Shown here piece by piece: positions 31,731 to 33,521 of a stretch of DNA of 33,521 bases (the first letter of the stretch is position 1; every line of letters starts with the position of its first letter). Under the pieces are notes generated by a model that made no database searches, was not told the DNA's origin, and saw nothing but the letters and a program-made list of their open reading frames with translations. The stretch is from an uncultured Rhodospirillales bacterium (GTDB lineage Bacteria; Pseudomonadota; Alphaproteobacteria; Acetobacterales; Acetobacteraceae). Both the position numbers and the translations under genes were made by a program. Location of the stretch: assembly GCA_903904805.1 (NCBI GenBank), contig CAIVDX010000740.1:1-33521 (forward strand). Direction: 5' to 3'.

Positions 31731-32702
31731 CTATGCCGATCGGAGCGAGCGCGACAGCGGCAATGCCATCTGGCCGAGCACCCAGCCTTCCCAATGCCTT
31801 ATCGCCGGATCGTCGGGCACCCCGTCTGCCCGCTCGCCGTGCAGCACGAGCAGTACACAGAGCAATCCCAGCAGACAATCGAACCGATCCTCGCCGGCCG
31901 CGTCGGCACCGAAGCCTTCCAACATTTCAGCCCGCAGCGCGTCCGTCACCGTGCCGCCGTGCGCGGCGATGCAGGCGGATAATGGTTCCGCCAGGCCGGC
32001 GCGGTCGGACTGGCGACGCTTGCTGCCGGGCAGGCGAAGACCCAGTTGGCGCAGCGCCTCGGCCGGATAGGTCTCGGCAACCAACGGCCGCGCGGGGTCG
32101 AGCAGGTCCAGAAAATTCCCTTCGAAGGGCCATAGGCGGGGGCCAGCCGCGCCGGCGCGGGCGGGGATCAGCCAGTCGCGCCAGGCCGAGATCGCCGCCT
32201 TACCGGTCTGGTTGGCGCCGAGGGTCCAGAACAGGGGCGCGCCGGCCGGGCGCTCGGCGGTGGCGCGGTCGCACAGGCGGGAGAGGTGCTCCGGTCCGTC
32301 AAGCCCGAGGGCGGCGGCATGGGCGGCACGACTCATGCCGGCGATGCCGCGGCGCGGGTAGAAGGGACGGTCGCGGCCGACCTGATCGAGGCTGTCGCAG
32401 ACGTCGAAAAAATCGGGGAAGATCAGCGGCCCGGAGGCAAGGCTGTCGAGGAAGGTGCGAAAGTCGGGCAGGTCGAGCGCCGCGGCATAGGCGCGGGGCA
32501 GGCCGAGGGGGAAATCCACGCCGATGGCAAGTGCGGCACCGGGCGCGCGGGCGGCCAGGCGGGGCAGCAGGTCGTGCAGGGTGCCGACGGGCTCGGGAGC
32601 GCTGAGGTGCCAGGCGCCTGGCCGACCAGCGGCGGTGACCATCCAGCGCTTGCGGGCATCCACGCTCCAGTCGGCATGGACGGCGAGGATGTGGGCGGTC
32701 AG
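31731..32702 (-). CDS. DUF429-like (RNase-H-fold) protein; start codon unresolved
   Basis: N-terminal strand ILAVHADWS, GVDFPLGLP, and C-terminal EDRFDCLLGLLCVLLV resemble DUF429 as I remember it. The left end of the feature is the stop codon. The right end is set at a CTG (32702-32700) that overlaps the TGA of the upstream small ORF. Alternatives are ATG 32831, GTG 32663 and ATG 32642. Confidence 0.5.
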   Translation of the reverse strand: MTAHILAVHADWSVDARKRWMVTAAGRPGAWHLSAPEPVGTLHDLLPRLAARAPGAALAIGVDFPLGLPRAYAAALDLPDFRTFLDSLASGPLIFPDFFDVCDSLDQVGRDRPFYPRRGIAGMSRAAHAAALGLDGPEHLSRLCDRATAERPAGAPLFWTLGANQTGKAAISAWRDWLIPARAGAAGPRLWPFEGNFLDLLDPARPLVAETYPAEALRQLGLRLPGSKRRQSDRAGLAEPLSACIAAHGGTVTDALRAEMLEGFGADAAGEDRFDCLLGLLCVLLVLHGERADGVPDDPAIRHWEGWVLGQMALPLSRSLRSA

Positions 32703-32911
32703 AGCGGCTTGTGCGCGCGGTCGAGCAGGCGGGAGACGAGGGAGGGCTTTTTGGCCTCTTTCGCCTTTGCCGCCGCGCGGGCCGCCTCGGCGGCGACGGC
32801 TTCCTGGTCGCGGCGTTTGGCGGCGAGCCACTTGTCGAGACTCATGCCCGCTTTCGCCGCCCGCTTCGCCTCATAGGCGCGCTGCGCCTCGGTCATGGTG
32901 TCTTTGGTCAT
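32699..32911 (-). CDS. Small Lys/Ala-rich hypothetical protein (70 aa)
   Basis: MTKDTMTEAQRAYEAKRAAKAGMSLDKWLAAKRRDQEAVAAEAARAAAKAKEAKKPSLVSRLLDRAHKPL. It has a coherent helical, charged composition unlike the Arg/Pro-rich alternative frame. I cannot name a family with confidence. Confidence 0.5.
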   Translation of the reverse strand: MTKDTMTEAQRAYEAKRAAKAGMSLDKWLAAKRRDQEAVAAEAARAAAKAKEAKKPSLVSRLLDRAHKPL

Positions 32912-32980
32912 GGAATTGGTTTTACGAGAACGGCCGCGGCTTTCAAGGTGTGCTCGGCTGGGCCGACGGGGATAAAGTGC

Positions 32981-33013
32981 AGAAGTTTTTGGTTTCTTTT
33001 TTCAAAAAGAAGC
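32981..33013 (-). repeat. AT-rich palindromic intergenic element, copy 6 (minus strand: GCTTCTTTTTGAAAAAAGAAACCAAAAACTTCT)
   Basis: Starts 8 nt after the stop of the ABC permease gene, in the same orientation as that gene. Confidence 0.75.
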
Positions 33014-33021
33014 GCTTGCCT

Positions 33022-33521
33022 TCAACTTCGTCTTTCCAACGCCGTCCGCTCCACCCACCCCAGCCCCCAATTGATCGCCAGCCCCGCGAGCGAGAGCAGT
33101 GTGAGGGCGGCGAACATGCGCGGGATCTGCAGCCGGTATCCGGCCTCGAGAATGCGGTAGGCGAGACCGGAGGCGAAGCCGCCTGAACCCGCGACGAACT
33201 CCGCCACCACAGCACCCACCAAAGCCAGCCCGCCGGAGATGCGCAGCCCGGACAGGAAGAAGGGCAAGGCCGCCGGCAGGCGCAGCAGATACAGCTCCGC
33301 CCAGGCGCCGGCACCGTTGAGCCGGAAGAGGTCGAGCAGGTCGCGCGGTGTGGCGCTCAGCCCCGCGGCGGTGGCGGAGAACACCGGGAAGAACGCCACA
33401 ATGGTGGCGCAGACCACCAGCGAGACAAACGGATCATTGATCCAGATGATGAAGAGAGGGGCGATCGCCACGATCGGGGTGACCTGCAGCACCACCGCCC
33501 AGGGCTGGATCGCCGCACGGG
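33022..33521 (-). CDS. ABC transporter permease, NitT/TauT family, C-terminal part (gene runs off the right edge)
   Basis: ...RAAIQPWAVVLQVTPIVAIAPLFIIWINDPF...LFRLNGAGAWAELYLLRLPAALPFFLSGLRISGGLALVGAVVAEF. This is a paralogue of the permease at 2466-3332. The reading frame stays open to the window edge. Confidence 0.8.
   Translation of the reverse strand, partial: RAAIQPWAVVLQVTPIVAIAPLFIIWINDPFVSLVVCATIVAFFPVFSATAAGLSATPRDLLDLFRLNGAGAWAELYLLRLPAALPFFLSGLRISGGLALVGAVVAEFVAGSGGFASGLAYRILEAGYRLQIPRMFAALTLLSLAGLAINWGLGWVERTALERRS

Noticed and set aside
1..33521. CRISPR arrays, prophage, integrative elements, IS elements or a defence island.
   Set aside because: I saw no regularly spaced direct repeats and no integrase, transposase, recombinase or phage-like ORFs. 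Apart from the short AT-rich elements there is no low-GC block.

Overview
GC-rich (roughly two-thirds G+C by eye), tightly packed chromosomal segment. The proteins look alphaproteobacterial, Rhodospirillales/Acetobacteraceae-like, but that taxonomic guess is inference only. I can support about 33 protein-coding genes. I see no rRNA, tRNA, CRISPR array, transposase, integrase or phage genes. Housekeeping genes: prfC 5' end, rpsD, a SpoU/TrmH-family RNA methyltransferase and cysS. Transport genes: a NitT/TauT-type ABC operon plus scattered paralogous components, an NRAMP/MntH transporter, and an MFS transporter. Other genes: an SDR epimerase; a COG0523 GTPase paired with a cytoplasmic LVIVD-repeat beta-propeller; a flavoprotein; a chemoreceptor; an XRE regulator; a ManC-type GDP-mannose enzyme; an M20 amidohydrolase coupled to a creatininase-family hydrolase; a secreted alpha/beta hydrolase; and a DUF429-like protein. 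Two things stand out. (1) Positions 14247-21372 (minus strand) hold a translationally coupled six-gene hyfB-C-E-F-G-I-type operon. Its catalytic-subunit homologue has lost all four NiFe-ligating cysteines, while the NuoB-like subunit keeps its 4-Cys cluster motif. No ferredoxin-type, FDH, protease or hyp genes accompany it. This fits an Ehr-type (energy-converting hydrogenase-related) complex of unknown substrate. (2) A ~33-nt AT-rich palindromic element (consensus GTTCTTTTTTGAAAAAAGAAC-CAAAAAACTTTT) occurs seven times, always intergenic. Five copies start 8-17 nt after a stop codon, and two reversed copies lie exactly 24 nt upstream of ATG start codons. Two loci carry inverted pairs of the element. 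All family assignments come from motif recognition by eye without database searches. Many start codons were re-chosen relative to the over-extended ORF track and remain uncertain by a few codons.
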